Origin: Planctomycetota bacterium
Lineage (GTDB): Bacteria > Planctomycetota > GCA-002687715 > DRQF01
Assembly (NCBI GenBank): GCA_027001995.1
Contig: JALTLO010000022.1
Span: forward strand, 816 to 64,815
Direction: 5' to 3'
DNA length: 64,000 bases
This document shows positions 37,823-49,600 of the stretch, in pieces. The position numbers and the translations under genes were made by a program. Below the pieces are notes generated by a model that worked only from the letters and a program-made list of their open reading frames with translations, did no database searches and was not told the DNA's origin. Each line of letters starts with the position of its first letter. Position 1 is the stretch's first letter.

Positions 37823-38339
37823 CTACGGCAGCAATGGAAAGATCAAACCATTGGAAGATCTTGCACCTGGTGCGTATTCATATCCTTGAATGTAGGTATC
37901 GATACCGGCCAGGTTCGGATAGCTTTGGCTCACATTGGGGACGATCAAGCTTCCTGTAGCGTCATAGCCAAAGTAGAAGTAGTTAGCCATATTGACCGCG
38001 TCAGGAGCAACCAAGAAAGAGATGCCGAAGGCACTGACATCAACTTGGGCAAAGCTCACAATCAAAAGCCCAGATCCTCCCGGTGTGCCACCGGTCAAAG
38101 TCAAAGTGCCGGTGTTTTGCGGCAAAATTGCTCCATCGGTTCCAACAGAGGCGACACCAATCGTGTTGGGCAAAAAGTTGAGTGCTAAATCTTCGGCACC
38201 ACCATTTGTCCCCGTGTATGTTGTTGGGTGTGAAGTCAACGCCATTGGCCCGTTAGCCTGAACGTCGGCAAATGAATCGGTGAAAGCAACGGTCAAGAGC
38301 AATGCTGCAACTATGACAACGAATGATTTCAAGCGCATA
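37823..38339 (-). CDS. Secreted protein of unknown function
   Basis: It has the signal peptide MRLKSFVVIVAALLLTVAFTDSFA and a Gly/Thr/Asn-rich mature part. The listed ORF start at 38416 is probably over-extended. Confidence 0.45.
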
Positions 38340-38912
38340 ATGGTCTCTCCAAGAGGTGTTCTTGTTTGAAATGCGGGGAACAACCCGCAACAGGTTTCGG
38401 TTTGGAAGGAAACCATAGACTGTGCAACCCATCCTTGCTCAGAAGCCAGCTTCCTATTGGCATATTATCAATACCCATAGGCATTTCCACAGAACGCTGG
38501 AGGAAACCGTGGCAAATCGGCATCACGATGTATATCACTCGCCTTAAGTGTATAAATTTCAAGGGTTTGCTATCGCACCTCCGACTTCGTCGGCCGCGTT
38601 AATTTAGTTCACTCAATGATCTGGGTGGAGAAAATTGCCAGAGGAATTGGACCCAAGTCGGGAGGTTTCTTTCCATGAGGCCAATCGCTCTTGTGGGCAC
38701 TTCATGAATCCGAAGCCTAACCCAAATAATAATTCACGACCACGAGGTCGCATGAACGAGGAGAAGATCTCACAGATTACCCAGGCGAGGTCGCAATCCT
38801 GGTTATGATTAGGAACACTCTGCCACTCCTGGCCGTGTTGTGTTTTGAAAAGAAGCCTTAAGAATCGTTGTTCTGAGCTTTCTTTGCCGGGTATTTTCTC
38901 ACACAACGACCA

Positions 38913-38933
38913 CGATCTCATGAATGAGCCGGG
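38913..38933 (+). repeat. Copy of the CGATCTCATGAATGAGCCGGG repeat
   Basis: It is read from the sequence and lies about 210 nt upstream of the GT2 gene. Confidence 0.55.
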
Positions 38934-39143
38934 CTAAGGATCATGAAAGCTTAGGCCTCGTCGGCATCCCCAAGCGAAGCTGGTGTCTTAAGGATGATTA
39001 CCCAATCAAATCCCATGACGACAAACATGGACAACCATTCCACTTTCACTTTCAAATCGGTAGCCTCTTGCCGTTACATCCCTGGCCCTTCGAGCGTAAA
39101 ATGACCTCTCGAAGATCGAACTCAAGGAACACATCAAAAATCC

Positions 39144-40793
39144 ATGTCTGACCACATGCCCGCGAAGAAGCGCCCCACATTGCGACAACGACTTGGCCGC
39201 CTGTGGCGAATTCTAAGAGGGCAGCAAGTCCACCGAGACTACAGCGCTTTTCTCGGAAACTACGATGCATGGCGTCAGCTCTTCGTTCTCCCTGAACCAG
39301 AGAACCACAACCAGGCTCCGAGGCAACTGAAGAAGAGCTTGAGTTTTCATTTGCTGATCTCTTGCCAAGAGGAGGTCGTTGGCCAAAATGTCGAACCGAA
39401 CGATTGTTCTGTACTTTCTCTTCCTTGGAGTCAAACAGAAGTTTCTTGGGGAAGCCAAATACCAAAGAGCGATTCTTGGGACGCCCCATGGACCATCATT
39501 GTTGACAAGTCTGACATTCTTCTCCCACTTGCCTGTCAACAAATCAGCGCAGCTATTGAGAAGAATCCAAAGGCCCATGTTTTTTATGGCGATGAAGAGT
39601 TCACCAACCAAGACGGCCATCTTGAACCTTTTATGAAACCCCAATGGTCTCCTGAATTGTGGGAGTCCACCGACTATCTGGGAATCCTGGTGGTCCGCAG
39701 CTCTCTCATCAAAACAAAGATCACCATCCCTGATCTCGTAGCAGAGATCTTGGGGTGTCAAGAAGATGGCCACATCATTCGAATTCCCCATGTTCTCTGT
39801 CAAAAGAAAAATCGATCCGGGGCCACCGGATCAGGATCACGGCTGGCTCAAGTCAGCCGATTCCATCAGCGACGAGGCTGCCAAGGAGGAAACACACAGG
39901 TCATTTCAAACTCAACTCTCCACGTCCAGCATGCTTTACCTGAGAATCTGCCAAGAGTGAGCATCGTGATTCCATCCCGAGATCGCAAGAAGCTCTTAGC
40001 GGCATGCGTTGAGTCTCTTCTTCGACTGACGGCCTACGAAAACTTCGAAATCGTCCTCATCGACAACGATTCTCAACTGAAGGAAACGAAAGAGTGGTTT
40101 CAGTCAATCCAGACTCAAGAAAAAGTTCGCGTTCTCTCCTACCCATATCCATTCAATTTCGCAGCCATCAATAACTTTGGCGCCGCAAAGTCTGAGGGGG
40201 AGATTCTCGTTTTCCTCAATGATGACACCACGGTCATTGGCCCTCACTGGTTAACAGAGATGGTCCGTTTAGCCCATAGACCAGACATCGGAGCGGTTGG
40301 CGCCCTTCTCTACTACCCCAATGACACGATCCAACATGCCGGTGTGGTTTGCGGCATCTCCAAGGCTCATATTGCTGGGCATATCGACCGTGGTTTGCCC
40401 AAAAGCGCACCTCCAGGTCCTGCCGGAGTCGATTGTGTCCATAATTATTCCGTTGTCACCGGAGCCTGTACCGCCCTGCGAAGAAAAGTTTTTGAGAAAG
40501 TTGACGGTTTCGATGAACAGTTCTCAATCTGCTACAACGATGTTGATCTCTGCCTCAGAATCCAGGACGCAGGCTTTAGAAATGCGTGGACACCTCACGC
40601 CCTACTCTATCATCATGAGAACATCAGCGTGGCAGAACGCAATGAAACACAAGCTCGTGTCTATGATTTTGAAGCTCAACTCATGCGCAAGCGCTACGGG
40701 AAAAGGCTGCTCAACGATCCAGCATACAACCCGAACTTTGCCCTCGATGGTGAGAGACGCGTCTTGGCAGCCCAACCCCGGATCAACAGCTAA
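39144..40793 (+). CDS. Family 2 glycosyltransferase with about 250-aa N-terminal extension
   Basis: VSIVIPSRDRKKLLAACVESLLRLTAYENFEIVLIDNDS is the GT2 N-terminal signature. A DxD-containing segment follows (LNDDT). Confidence 0.8.
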   Translation: MSDHMPAKKRPTLRQRLGRLWRILRGQQVHRDYSAFLGNYDAWRQLFVLPEPENHNQAPRQLKKSLSFHLLISCQEEVVGQNVEPNDCSVLSLPWSQTEVSWGSQIPKSDSWDAPWTIIVDKSDILLPLACQQISAAIEKNPKAHVFYGDEEFTNQDGHLEPFMKPQWSPELWESTDYLGILVVRSSLIKTKITIPDLVAEILGCQEDGHIIRIPHVLCQKKNRSGATGSGSRLAQVSRFHQRRGCQGGNTQVISNSTLHVQHALPENLPRVSIVIPSRDRKKLLAACVESLLRLTAYENFEIVLIDNDSQLKETKEWFQSIQTQEKVRVLSYPYPFNFAAINNFGAAKSEGEILVFLNDDTTVIGPHWLTEMVRLAHRPDIGAVGALLYYPNDTIQHAGVVCGISKAHIAGHIDRGLPKSAPPGPAGVDCVHNYSVVTGACTALRRKVFEKVDGFDEQFSICYNDVDLCLRIQDAGFRNAWTPHALLYHHENISVAERNETQARVYDFEAQLMRKRYGKRLLNDPAYNPNFALDGERRVLAAQPRINS

Positions 40794-40811
40794 GAGAAAC
40801 AGAAACGGACG

Positions 40812-42410
40812 ATGGCCAACAAGGAAAACGATCCCAACTTCATGAATAGCTCAAAGAACCAAGTCACTACGAGCCGCAAACTTGCGGTGATCAACTCAGT
40901 GAGCGGGATTGCCACCCACATCATAAGCCTCACCGTCTTGGTTTGGTTGCAAAAGTACCTTCTCGATCACGTCTCGATTGAAGAGTACTCCCTCTTTCCC
41001 GTTGTCGCTGCTCCCATGGTTTTTGTCCCTCTTATCACCACAATCTTGACCGCTGGCTTGGGCCGCTACTCTGTAGATGCTTACGCCAAAGGCAACGAGA
41101 AACGCGTCACAGAAATCGTCTCAACCATGACACCACTGTTGATGATTGCCGGCTTGGTGGTGGCAGCCTTTGGCGCTCTTGGCATCTGGCAGATAGACAG
41201 CATCCTCAAAATCGAAGAACAATTCGTAGATGATGCTCGTTGGATGATGACCATCTTGGTGAGCGCTGCTGTCTTGCGAGTATCGTTCGCCGCCTTTGGT
41301 GTTGGCCTTTTCATCAAACAAAAATTCGTCTTCGTCAACATGATTGACTTAGGGTGCCAAGTGCTGAGAATCTCCCTTCTCGCTCTGCTCCTGATCGCCA
41401 TAGACACGAGGGTCGTCTGGGTTGTCCTCGCTACGACCCTGGCAAACACAACCGGCTTCTTTATCAAACTGTTTATGTCTCGCCGCTTGGTTCCCGCTAT
41501 TCGCTTCAAGCGCAGCCACATAAGAAAAGAGATCGCCCCGGAAATCGTGTCATTCGGTTCATGGACATTCTTGCAGCAGGCGTCCACAGCGAGCCGGCTT
41601 TTCCTGTCAATCTTCTTGCTCAACCGATTTGCCGGCAGCATCCATGTCACGGCCTTTCACTTAGGAACATTGGTTCTCAAGCAAGTTCAGACTCTTACCT
41701 TAGCTGCCCTCAAACCCTTGGCGCCACCGTTGGTCGCCATGTGGGCCCATGGAGAACGAGACCGAATCCGTGCGGTCTATCTCAATGGTGGACGATACGC
41801 TCTGTGGCTCGCCACTTTCGCCACTTGCCCTGCGATTATTTTCGGTCCAAAAGCAGTGGCGCTCTATTTGGGAAAAACAGAAGCAGACATCGAACTCACC
41901 ACCCGCGTCATGGTCATCGCGATGCTCATTCTTCCTATTCGATTCGGCAACATCATGATGGGAAGAATCGCTAATACTGCTGGCATGGCCAAACAAACCT
42001 GTGGTGTTGTCATGACCATTCACCTCGGCGTCATTGCCATCATGAGCGTCCTTGTCATTGGCTACGACATGGGGGCTTTGGGCGCTGCTATTTCGATCTT
42101 GGCAGCCAACGTGCTTGTAATTCCTACCATCGCCTTGCCTTTCGCCTTTCGTATTACCGGCCTCACCGCAAGACGCTGGTTGAGAGAAACCGTTCTACCG
42201 GGGGTCTTACCCGGACTCATCGCGTCGTTCTTTTGGCTAGCACTCTCGATCTACTTTGCGCCCACCACATGGGCTGGGCTCATGTCTTGCGGAATCCCTG
42301 GCAGCCTTATTTTTGTTGTTATTGTCTTTCGTTTCTCACTCAAAAGGAGGGAACGCGAAGATCTCCTGAAAGCAGCAGGCAAGATAAAGTCTAAGCTACT
42401 GCCAACTTAA
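40812..42410 (+). CDS. Polysaccharide flippase/transporter (MOP superfamily, Wzx-like)
   Basis: It is a polytopic membrane protein of about 14 TM segments. The N-terminus is Wzx-like. Confidence 0.7.
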   Translation: MANKENDPNFMNSSKNQVTTSRKLAVINSVSGIATHIISLTVLVWLQKYLLDHVSIEEYSLFPVVAAPMVFVPLITTILTAGLGRYSVDAYAKGNEKRVTEIVSTMTPLLMIAGLVVAAFGALGIWQIDSILKIEEQFVDDARWMMTILVSAAVLRVSFAAFGVGLFIKQKFVFVNMIDLGCQVLRISLLALLLIAIDTRVVWVVLATTLANTTGFFIKLFMSRRLVPAIRFKRSHIRKEIAPEIVSFGSWTFLQQASTASRLFLSIFLLNRFAGSIHVTAFHLGTLVLKQVQTLTLAALKPLAPPLVAMWAHGERDRIRAVYLNGGRYALWLATFATCPAIIFGPKAVALYLGKTEADIELTTRVMVIAMLILPIRFGNIMMGRIANTAGMAKQTCGVVMTIHLGVIAIMSVLVIGYDMGALGAAISILAANVLVIPTIALPFAFRITGLTARRWLRETVLPGVLPGLIASFFWLALSIYFAPTTWAGLMSCGIPGSLIFVVIVFRFSLKRREREDLLKAAGKIKSKLLPT

Positions 42411-42436
42411 CCCGCCCAATTCACAACCTCGGGGCG

Positions 42437-42457
42437 ACGATCTCATGAATGAGTCGG
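42437..42457 (+). repeat. Copy of the CGATCTCATGAATGAGTCGGG repeat
   Basis: The extended form CTCGGGGCGACGATCTCATGAATGAGTCGGGTT is shared with the 29169 copy. Confidence 0.55.
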
Positions 42458-42676
42458 GTTGGCGCGAATCTTCAACTGACAGCTAAGAACGCAAGTGTAT
42501 GAAACTCCCCTCCAAACTCTATTCCCTGGTTTTCTAAGGTTCGAGCTTTCGAAACGCCCGGGGCAAGATTCCCAGTTTCAACGATTGAATCCTTGAAACA
42601 TGGGTGAAGCACCATAATTTAGGGGTGGGCTCGAGTCCCGCAACACCAGAATCAAGTCTTTCAGAAAGGGTAACCG

Positions 42677-43621
42677 ATGACAGATAGTGCAGACCCAAAA
42701 CCATGTGTCTTCATTCAAACCAATGCCAAACAAATGGTTGGCGCTATCGTTGCCGAACATTCATTCCGCAGATTCTCTGACCATGCTGATGAATTTGACA
42801 TCAAGATCATGGACAACCGCAACTATCCGTTCTTCGCCGCCAAAGAAGGCAAGAAGTTCTTGCGCAACGGTGTCTGGCGCAACTGGGTCATGTCCGATCT
42901 CCAGTCTTTCACCCCAACAAGATTCATGCCCCCTGAACTCATGGGATATCGAGGCAAATCCGTCGTTGTTGACCCTGATGTTTTTGCCTTGGATGATGTC
43001 TGGAAGTTGTTCACCATGGACATGCAAGGCAAAGCCATTTGGTGCCGACCACGAAAAACAGGGAGTACCGACATCAATGGCAACATGGCATCAAGTGTCA
43101 TGCTATTAGACAATCAAAAGCTCAAACACTGGCGCGTCGAAGAACAATTCAACTCCATGTTTGAAGGGAAGCTCGACTACAAAGACTGGGTCCCTCTGCG
43201 TAATGAACCAAGGGAAAGCATAGGGCTTCTCGATGATGCCTGGAATCATCTCGATGTTCTAACCAAACGAACCCATTTCTTGCATACCACCAAGCGAATC
43301 ACTCAGCCGTGGAAGACAGGACTGCGTGTCGACTTCCGACCTTCGGACAAGTTCAGCAAGATCCCCGTCGTCGGCTGGGCCATGACTTTGCGCCGCAAAA
43401 TGTTCGGGGAGTATGCCCTCATGGGGCGCTATCGCCAGAATCCAGATCAAAACCAAGAGAACTTCTTCTTCGGTTTAGTGAAGGAGTGCCTGGACAACGG
43501 CATGCTCACCATGGAGCAACTTGAATTCGAGATGAAGAACAATCATGTTCGCCACGACGCTGCGACTGTCGTCTCAAACTGTCCACCATTGGAAGAAACA
43601 TTGAGCGCCCTCCCCGCATAA
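42677..43621 (+). CDS. Hypothetical cytoplasmic protein (possible nucleotide-sugar transferase-like fold; unassigned)
   Basis: I recognise no family. It contains the segment VVVDPDVFALDD and lies downstream of the flippase gene. Confidence 0.35.
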   Translation: MTDSADPKPCVFIQTNAKQMVGAIVAEHSFRRFSDHADEFDIKIMDNRNYPFFAAKEGKKFLRNGVWRNWVMSDLQSFTPTRFMPPELMGYRGKSVVVDPDVFALDDVWKLFTMDMQGKAIWCRPRKTGSTDINGNMASSVMLLDNQKLKHWRVEEQFNSMFEGKLDYKDWVPLRNEPRESIGLLDDAWNHLDVLTKRTHFLHTTKRITQPWKTGLRVDFRPSDKFSKIPVVGWAMTLRRKMFGEYALMGRYRQNPDQNQENFFFGLVKECLDNGMLTMEQLEFEMKNNHVRHDAATVVSNCPPLEETLSALPA

Positions 43622-43657
43622 GACACGCTATTCACAGGATGGGGGTTGGCACCCTCC

Positions 43658-45547
43658 TTAACCCACAACGCCCCCATCCTTCCTTTGAATCACAAGAGTC
43701 GCACAGCGGGGTCGTCCACATTGTGGACGACCCATGCGAGCCGATTCAGATTCCCCATCTGGCCAAGTAGAGTATTTGCCAACATCCTGCGGCTCTTTCG
43801 TCTGGCCGCCATTCGGCTGGCCAGGATGCTGAATATTGACAAACAAGGTCTTGCCATCAGGCGTGGTCGTGAGACCAGTAATTTCGCAACGAACTGGACC
43901 AGTCAAGAATCGTCGAACATCCCCGGACACCGGATCAACCGCCAAGACTTGGTTGTTACCGAATCGTTCATACTTTTTCGTATTCAACTTACTAGACGAG
44001 ACATCCGTCTGGACCCAGAGAATCCCCCTTTGATCAATATGCATCCCATCAGGAGAGCTGAAGTGGACATCAGCTTCTTCGTCAGGGCACAGTATAAGGG
44101 GACTCCAGGAAAAGGTTGTAGCTGCAGCGTCTGCCCCAGATTCTCGCCAACGAAGAATGTGGCCATGAATATTCTTCTTTCTGGAGTTGGCTTCGTTGGT
44201 GGCAGGATAGCCGCTCTTACCCCGTTTCGAATTGTTCGTGAGCGAAACAAACACTTCCCCAAGTTGCTCATGAACTGCCAACCATTCCGGTCGATCCATG
44301 GTCGTAGCCCCAACGTGATCAGCAGCCAAACGTGCGTGGATCAGCACTTCTCCTTGGTCCGCAAATCCGGAATCCTTGTTGAGGCCATTTTTGCCATGGG
44401 TCAACTCCACCCATTTGCCCTGACGAGAATCAAGAAACTGAGCGACGTAGAGTGTGCCGACATTGAGGAGATCATCTATGTTGCTGTGATCATCGGGGTC
44501 ATAAACACCCTTGGAAACAAACTTGTAAATGTACTCGAATTTCGAGTCATCCCCCATATAGACAACAACGTGGTTCTCCTTGGACAGAGTCAAAGCTGCA
44601 TTTTCATGGCGGAAACGCCCAAGGGCAGTTCGCTTCATGGGGGGTGCTTTCTGCCGTGGGTCAATTTCAACGACCCAACCAAAACGATTGTATTCATTGG
44701 GTTCTTTGGCGAAGTCGAAACGATCCTCGAATTCGTGCCAATGATTCATCAAGCCAGCATCAGCCATGTAACGTTTTTCAGCCTTTGTGACCCGTTCGCC
44801 TTCATCGGGAAGTTTGAAGAAATCCTGGAAGTTCTCCTCGCAAGTCAAATACGTCCCCCAAGGAGTTCTGCCCGCAGCGCAATTGCCAAGAGTTCCAAAG
44901 ACTGTCCGTCCTTGAGGGTCAACTCTCGTTTGCAAACGTGCGTGACCTGCCGCAGGGCCAGCCATGAGCATGGGAGACATTGCAGTGATCCTTCTGGCGA
45001 CGGGGGAGTCAAGACGTTGCCAAATGCCCCGATCATTCCGTTTCACTTCGATGACAGAGACACCACAACTCGCCATGCCCTTCTTGGCTTTCTCTTGAGA
45101 TGTTGGAAGAGAGCCCCCTGGATGAATCAAGCCGTCATCAAAAGACTCATGGTTGAGACAGAGATACCCATGAGTTGATGAACCACCAATAGGAAAAAAT
45201 TCCATGCCATCATGGTGACACCCCGCTTGTTGAAACTGGTCTTCTGCGGTATTCGAAGCATCACTCTTGAATTCAGGGCCACTGGACTGCACTGGGTCTC
45301 CCCAGGCATAGAGGATTCTCCAGTCGTAACCTGGAGCGACGTGAACGACATCTTCAGAAGAAATCGGGATCGAGCGAAAACCCAGCTTAGGCTGGGTCCC
45401 GCCCATCTCCGGCCCACTGATTGTTGAACAACCGGGGAGCAGCATACCTGCCAATCCACCGATCGCCAGCTTAAGGACATCCCGTCTTGTGGAGGGATTC
45501 GAGCATTCAGTCGGCTCGCTAAATTCATCCATCGGATTCGTCTTCAT
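43658..45547 (-). CDS. phoX: PhoX-family alkaline phosphatase (Tat-secreted)
   Basis: A twin-arginine signal (STRRDVLKLAIGGLAGM) is present. The family signature GNCAAGRTPWGTYLTCEENF is present. The protein is 629 aa. Confidence 0.8.
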   Translation of the reverse strand: MKTNPMDEFSEPTECSNPSTRRDVLKLAIGGLAGMLLPGCSTISGPEMGGTQPKLGFRSIPISSEDVVHVAPGYDWRILYAWGDPVQSSGPEFKSDASNTAEDQFQQAGCHHDGMEFFPIGGSSTHGYLCLNHESFDDGLIHPGGSLPTSQEKAKKGMASCGVSVIEVKRNDRGIWQRLDSPVARRITAMSPMLMAGPAAGHARLQTRVDPQGRTVFGTLGNCAAGRTPWGTYLTCEENFQDFFKLPDEGERVTKAEKRYMADAGLMNHWHEFEDRFDFAKEPNEYNRFGWVVEIDPRQKAPPMKRTALGRFRHENAALTLSKENHVVVYMGDDSKFEYIYKFVSKGVYDPDDHSNIDDLLNVGTLYVAQFLDSRQGKWVELTHGKNGLNKDSGFADQGEVLIHARLAADHVGATTMDRPEWLAVHEQLGEVFVSLTNNSKRGKSGYPATNEANSRKKNIHGHILRWRESGADAAATTFSWSPLILCPDEEADVHFSSPDGMHIDQRGILWVQTDVSSSKLNTKKYERFGNNQVLAVDPVSGDVRRFLTGPVRCEITGLTTTPDGKTLFVNIQHPGQPNGGQTKEPQDVGKYSTWPDGESESARMGRPQCGRPRCATLVIQRKDGGVVG

Positions 45548-45599
45548 TTCGTTTCCTTTGTCGCTTCGCTCATCTTAGCAGAGATCCCGCCGAAATGGT

Positions 45600-46436
45600 C
45601 TATTTGGAGTTGAGCGTTTGCCGTCGCAAGAATTGGCGAATCATTGCAACCGCTAGGTAACAGAATGGCGTATCTAGCAAGGCAATCATGACCTTGACGA
45701 GGTAAACTCCCACCATCACCTTGATCCCAAAAACGAAATCCCAACCGAAGGCACCGTAAAACAGAAAGGAATTGACGATCAAGGTATCCAACAATTGAGA
45801 CACGATAGTCGAACCATTGTTCCTTAGCCAAAGATGCTTGCCCTGGGTGAGCTCCCGCCAAAAATGAAACAAACGGTTATCACAGAGCTGAGCCACCAAA
45901 TAGGCACACATCGAACCACTCACAAGCCAGGGCCCCAAACCAAAAACCGCGCGCCAGCCATCTTGCATCCCTTGAGAATTCTCAAAGTAGGCCAGCTTGA
46001 GCCCCGACGCCGCAGCCCAATGACTCGCTGGATCAATGGCGATTGTGAGCTGCACGATCCCGAGCATCAAAAGGCTCATGGCAAAACCCAACCACACCAT
46101 CACATCGGCCCGCTTCCTTCCGTAAATCTCCGAGACAACATCAGTCACTAAGAAAGTGAGGGGATAAGTCAAAAGCCCAGTCGGTAAAGTTACCACGTCG
46201 TGCCCGAAGACTGCGAATGGCAGGGTCAACTCAAATAGCTTGACTCCCACAATGTTTGTAAGGACCAATAAAGTAGTGAACAAACACACAAGGACAACAT
46301 AGATACGATCTTCCCACGGCATCTTTTCGACAGTGACAACACTTCCCGGCCTGGTGGATTTCGCCGCAATTGGTTCTTCTTGATTCATGGCAAAAAGATA
46401 GCTGACAAGGCTGTCCACTGCAAAGTTCTTCTCCAT
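45600..46436 (-). CDS. YhhQ/DUF165-family queuosine-precursor transporter
   Basis: LTNIVGVKLFEL...TFLVTDVVSEIYGRK matches the YhhQ family signature. It has 6-7 TM helices. Confidence 0.65.
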   Translation of the reverse strand: MEKNFAVDSLVSYLFAMNQEEPIAAKSTRPGSVVTVEKMPWEDRIYVVLVCLFTTLLVLTNIVGVKLFELTLPFAVFGHDVVTLPTGLLTYPLTFLVTDVVSEIYGRKRADVMVWLGFAMSLLMLGIVQLTIAIDPASHWAAASGLKLAYFENSQGMQDGWRAVFGLGPWLVSGSMCAYLVAQLCDNRLFHFWRELTQGKHLWLRNNGSTIVSQLLDTLIVNSFLFYGAFGWDFVFGIKVMVGVYLVKVMIALLDTPFCYLAVAMIRQFLRRQTLNSK

Positions 46437-46644
46437 CCTGAGTTAGCGAATCCATGGGCTTTCAAGGCAACATGGGAGGATTCCCCTCAAACCAATATCC
46501 AGTCCTTTCAAAACTCGACTTCTCTGGTAGGATTCAAAGCACAGGTTGAGAGGCCGCGCCGCATCACATCTCACCCTATTTCTCAGTGGTCGACGTCTCA
46601 GAAGCAACGCTCCCAAAGACAAACGGCAAAATAACTGACTAGTG

Positions 46645-49600
46645 ATGTTGAAACAGAAAACGATCTATTGCTGTTTAGGAGTTCTCCTCCTTTGCTCAAG
46701 TGGCCTCAGTCAAAGGTTTCACACCAGGACATACGATCTTTCAGCCGGAATGCCCGCAGTCAATTGCCTCTCCACAACCCAGGATGGTGATGGACGCCTG
46801 TGGTTTGCATCCCGTTCAGGAATGATGAGCTATGACGGTGAACAGTGGAAAGTCTGCGAAGGATTCGGTGACCCGGAAAACTTGAAGCCACCTATTCACT
46901 GTAGCGCTGACTCCATGGGTCGTATTTGGGCCACGACAATTTTTGAAGTGAGCTACTTGAAAGATGGCAAGTGGCATGAATTCCCTGGGCCACCAGGCAG
47001 ACGCAAGATCAGAAACACTCAGATAGAGACGATTTGGCACAAGGGAAACCCCGTGGTCTTGATTCGCTACACCGATGGCAACTTCATGATTTATCGGGAA
47101 GGGAAATGGCAACGAGTTCATTGGACCTCTTTGGAGCACCCACCCACTGAGACGGGGCCCATCGTCAAATCGACCGATGCGTTTCTCCTAACAACCAAAG
47201 ATGGGATTTTTCGTGTCGATCCTGCTACTGGAGACGCATCCCCTTTTGATCTGCCAGATTCCACCAAGAACATTCGAGGCGCCACCTTCGATGAAATTCG
47301 TGGCGAGCTCTGGTTAGTCGGAGAGGATTGGATTGCGAAGCTCAAACGTATCGAAGGAAAGTTAGACCCATCGTCATTTTCCTTCGTCAAAAGTCAAATC
47401 CAATTGCGGCCATTCTTCAGCCGAAGTCCCGATTTGCAAGTCGTCGCAGATGGGCGAGGCGGTTTGTGGTTTGGCAACGTATTCTCCATTTTTCATTTAT
47501 CAATCGATGGAGATCTGAAGCGGGTGCGGCCGCAAAATGGGTTAGTAGCAGAAGGAGTCAATTCTTTCTTCCGAGACCGAGAGCAGAACATCTGGATCGC
47601 CTCTGGCCGAGGTCTCACCAAGATCATCAGCCAGCGGTTCACCAGCTATGACCATGACCACGGCCTCTTGGACGACGAAGTTTCGGCCATCTCTCAGTTG
47701 CCTGACGGCCGCATTGTCCTTGGACATCAGGGGGGCATCACCCTTCTTGGCCCTCAGGGAACGCAAACCATCCATTTCGATGGCAACGATTCTACCTCTC
47801 GCACAATGGATTTGAAGGTCGATCCCACTGGATCCGTTTGGGCCTGCTGCCATTTCGCTGGACTAGCCCGCATCTCTGAGCCCTCCCAATTGGACTTCAT
47901 TCATGCACTGCCAAACATCCGCATCAATTCTGTTGCCTTTGATCCCCAAGGAGAAATCTGGATTGGCGCTGATGATGGTCTCTACAAAGTTGTCGGCAAC
48001 AAACTGGAAGCCATCCAACTACCAGTTCCCTCCCATGCCTCGGCCGAGCGCTATGGTGTCAGGCGCTTAGTGACCGGCAAAAGCGGAACCATCTATGCGG
48101 CAGTACCCCGATCCGGGATTCTGGGAATCACCAAAGGGGAGTTTCGAACTTGGCAGACAGCACCGGAATTACTGGACGTCTACTCAGCAATCGAAACGGA
48201 AAAAGGTCAAGTCTGGTGCGGCTCGTCCTCAGGCCTTGGACACCTGATAAACAACCGCTTCGAATTATCTCACAATCCAAGAATCAAAGGCCCAGTCTAT
48301 GCTCTTCTTGAAGACAGGCAGGAGAATCTGTGGATTGGGACGGACCGGGGTGTCTACGTCTGGAATGGAAAACAACTCAGGCGATTTCACAGTGGTAATG
48401 GCTTGCTCGGCGCAGAAACGAATCGGGCCGCCCTTTTCGAATCCCGAGAGGGTGACATTTGGATCGGAACGGCCCGAGGGGTTTCTCGATACCGATCCGA
48501 GCTCGACACGCGCGTTCCCGTCAAACCACAGGTCCTGTTGGGAAATATTTCATCCACCGACAGTGAGTTTTCCTTTGCCAGCGCCCGATCTCTACCTCCG
48601 GAATCGAATGATGTCAGCTTCGCATTCTCAGCGAGCTCTTTCATTGACGAGTCCCAGGTCAAATTTAGAATCAAACTCGAGAACTACGATGACGCTTGGT
48701 CAACCCCAAAGGTCCTCCCATCGCGAAAAATTCGCTACACAAATTTACCTGCCGGAGAATACCGCATTCACGTCCAGGCGATTGACGCAGAAGGAAACGC
48801 CAGTGACATCGTCGTCTCTCCCACACTGACAATCGAAAGCCACTTCTATCAAGAAACCTGGTTTCTCCAGCTCTGTGTTTTGGCGGTCTTAGGCTTAGGG
48901 TGGGCAGGATTCGCCTTCTGGAACCAGAGGATCTATTCGAATGAGCTCGAGATCCAAGTCCAGAAACGAACAGAAGAACTGCGCAAAGCGGAGAAGACCC
49001 ACGCTCAGGTGGCGAGGTTAGAATCCTTAGGAGTCTTAGCCGGAGGGATTGCCCACGACTTTAATAACCTCCTAACCGCAGTGACTGGCTATACGTCTCT
49101 CATCAGTAAGGACAAATTCCTGAGTTCGAATTCAAAACAATTCGTGAAGGAAGTAGAAAACGCCTGTGGGCGAGCTCAAGGCCTGACGAAACAACTCCTC
49201 ACATTTTCTCGAGGTGGTGCCCCAGTCCGCAAGATGACATCGATCACCGACATCATAGAAGAGGCCGCCACTTTTTCACTTCGGGGTTCAAACGTCGAGT
49301 GTGAATTCGATTTTGAAGAAGGTATTCCAGAGGCCCATGTTGACGCCGACCAATTCCACCAGATAATCAACAACCTGACCATCAATGCTCGCCAGGCCAT
49401 GCCTCAAGGTGGGTCAATAAGGTTCCGTGTTCGATCAATCGTCGATGAGAACGACGAACGACATCTTGAAATCCTGGTTACCGACCAAGGCGTAGGAATC
49501 CCTGCGGATGTCGTACCACGGATCTTCGACCCCTACTTCTCCACCAAGTCCGAAGGCAGCGGTCTTGGACTGGCAATCGTACACTCCATTGTTCACAAGC

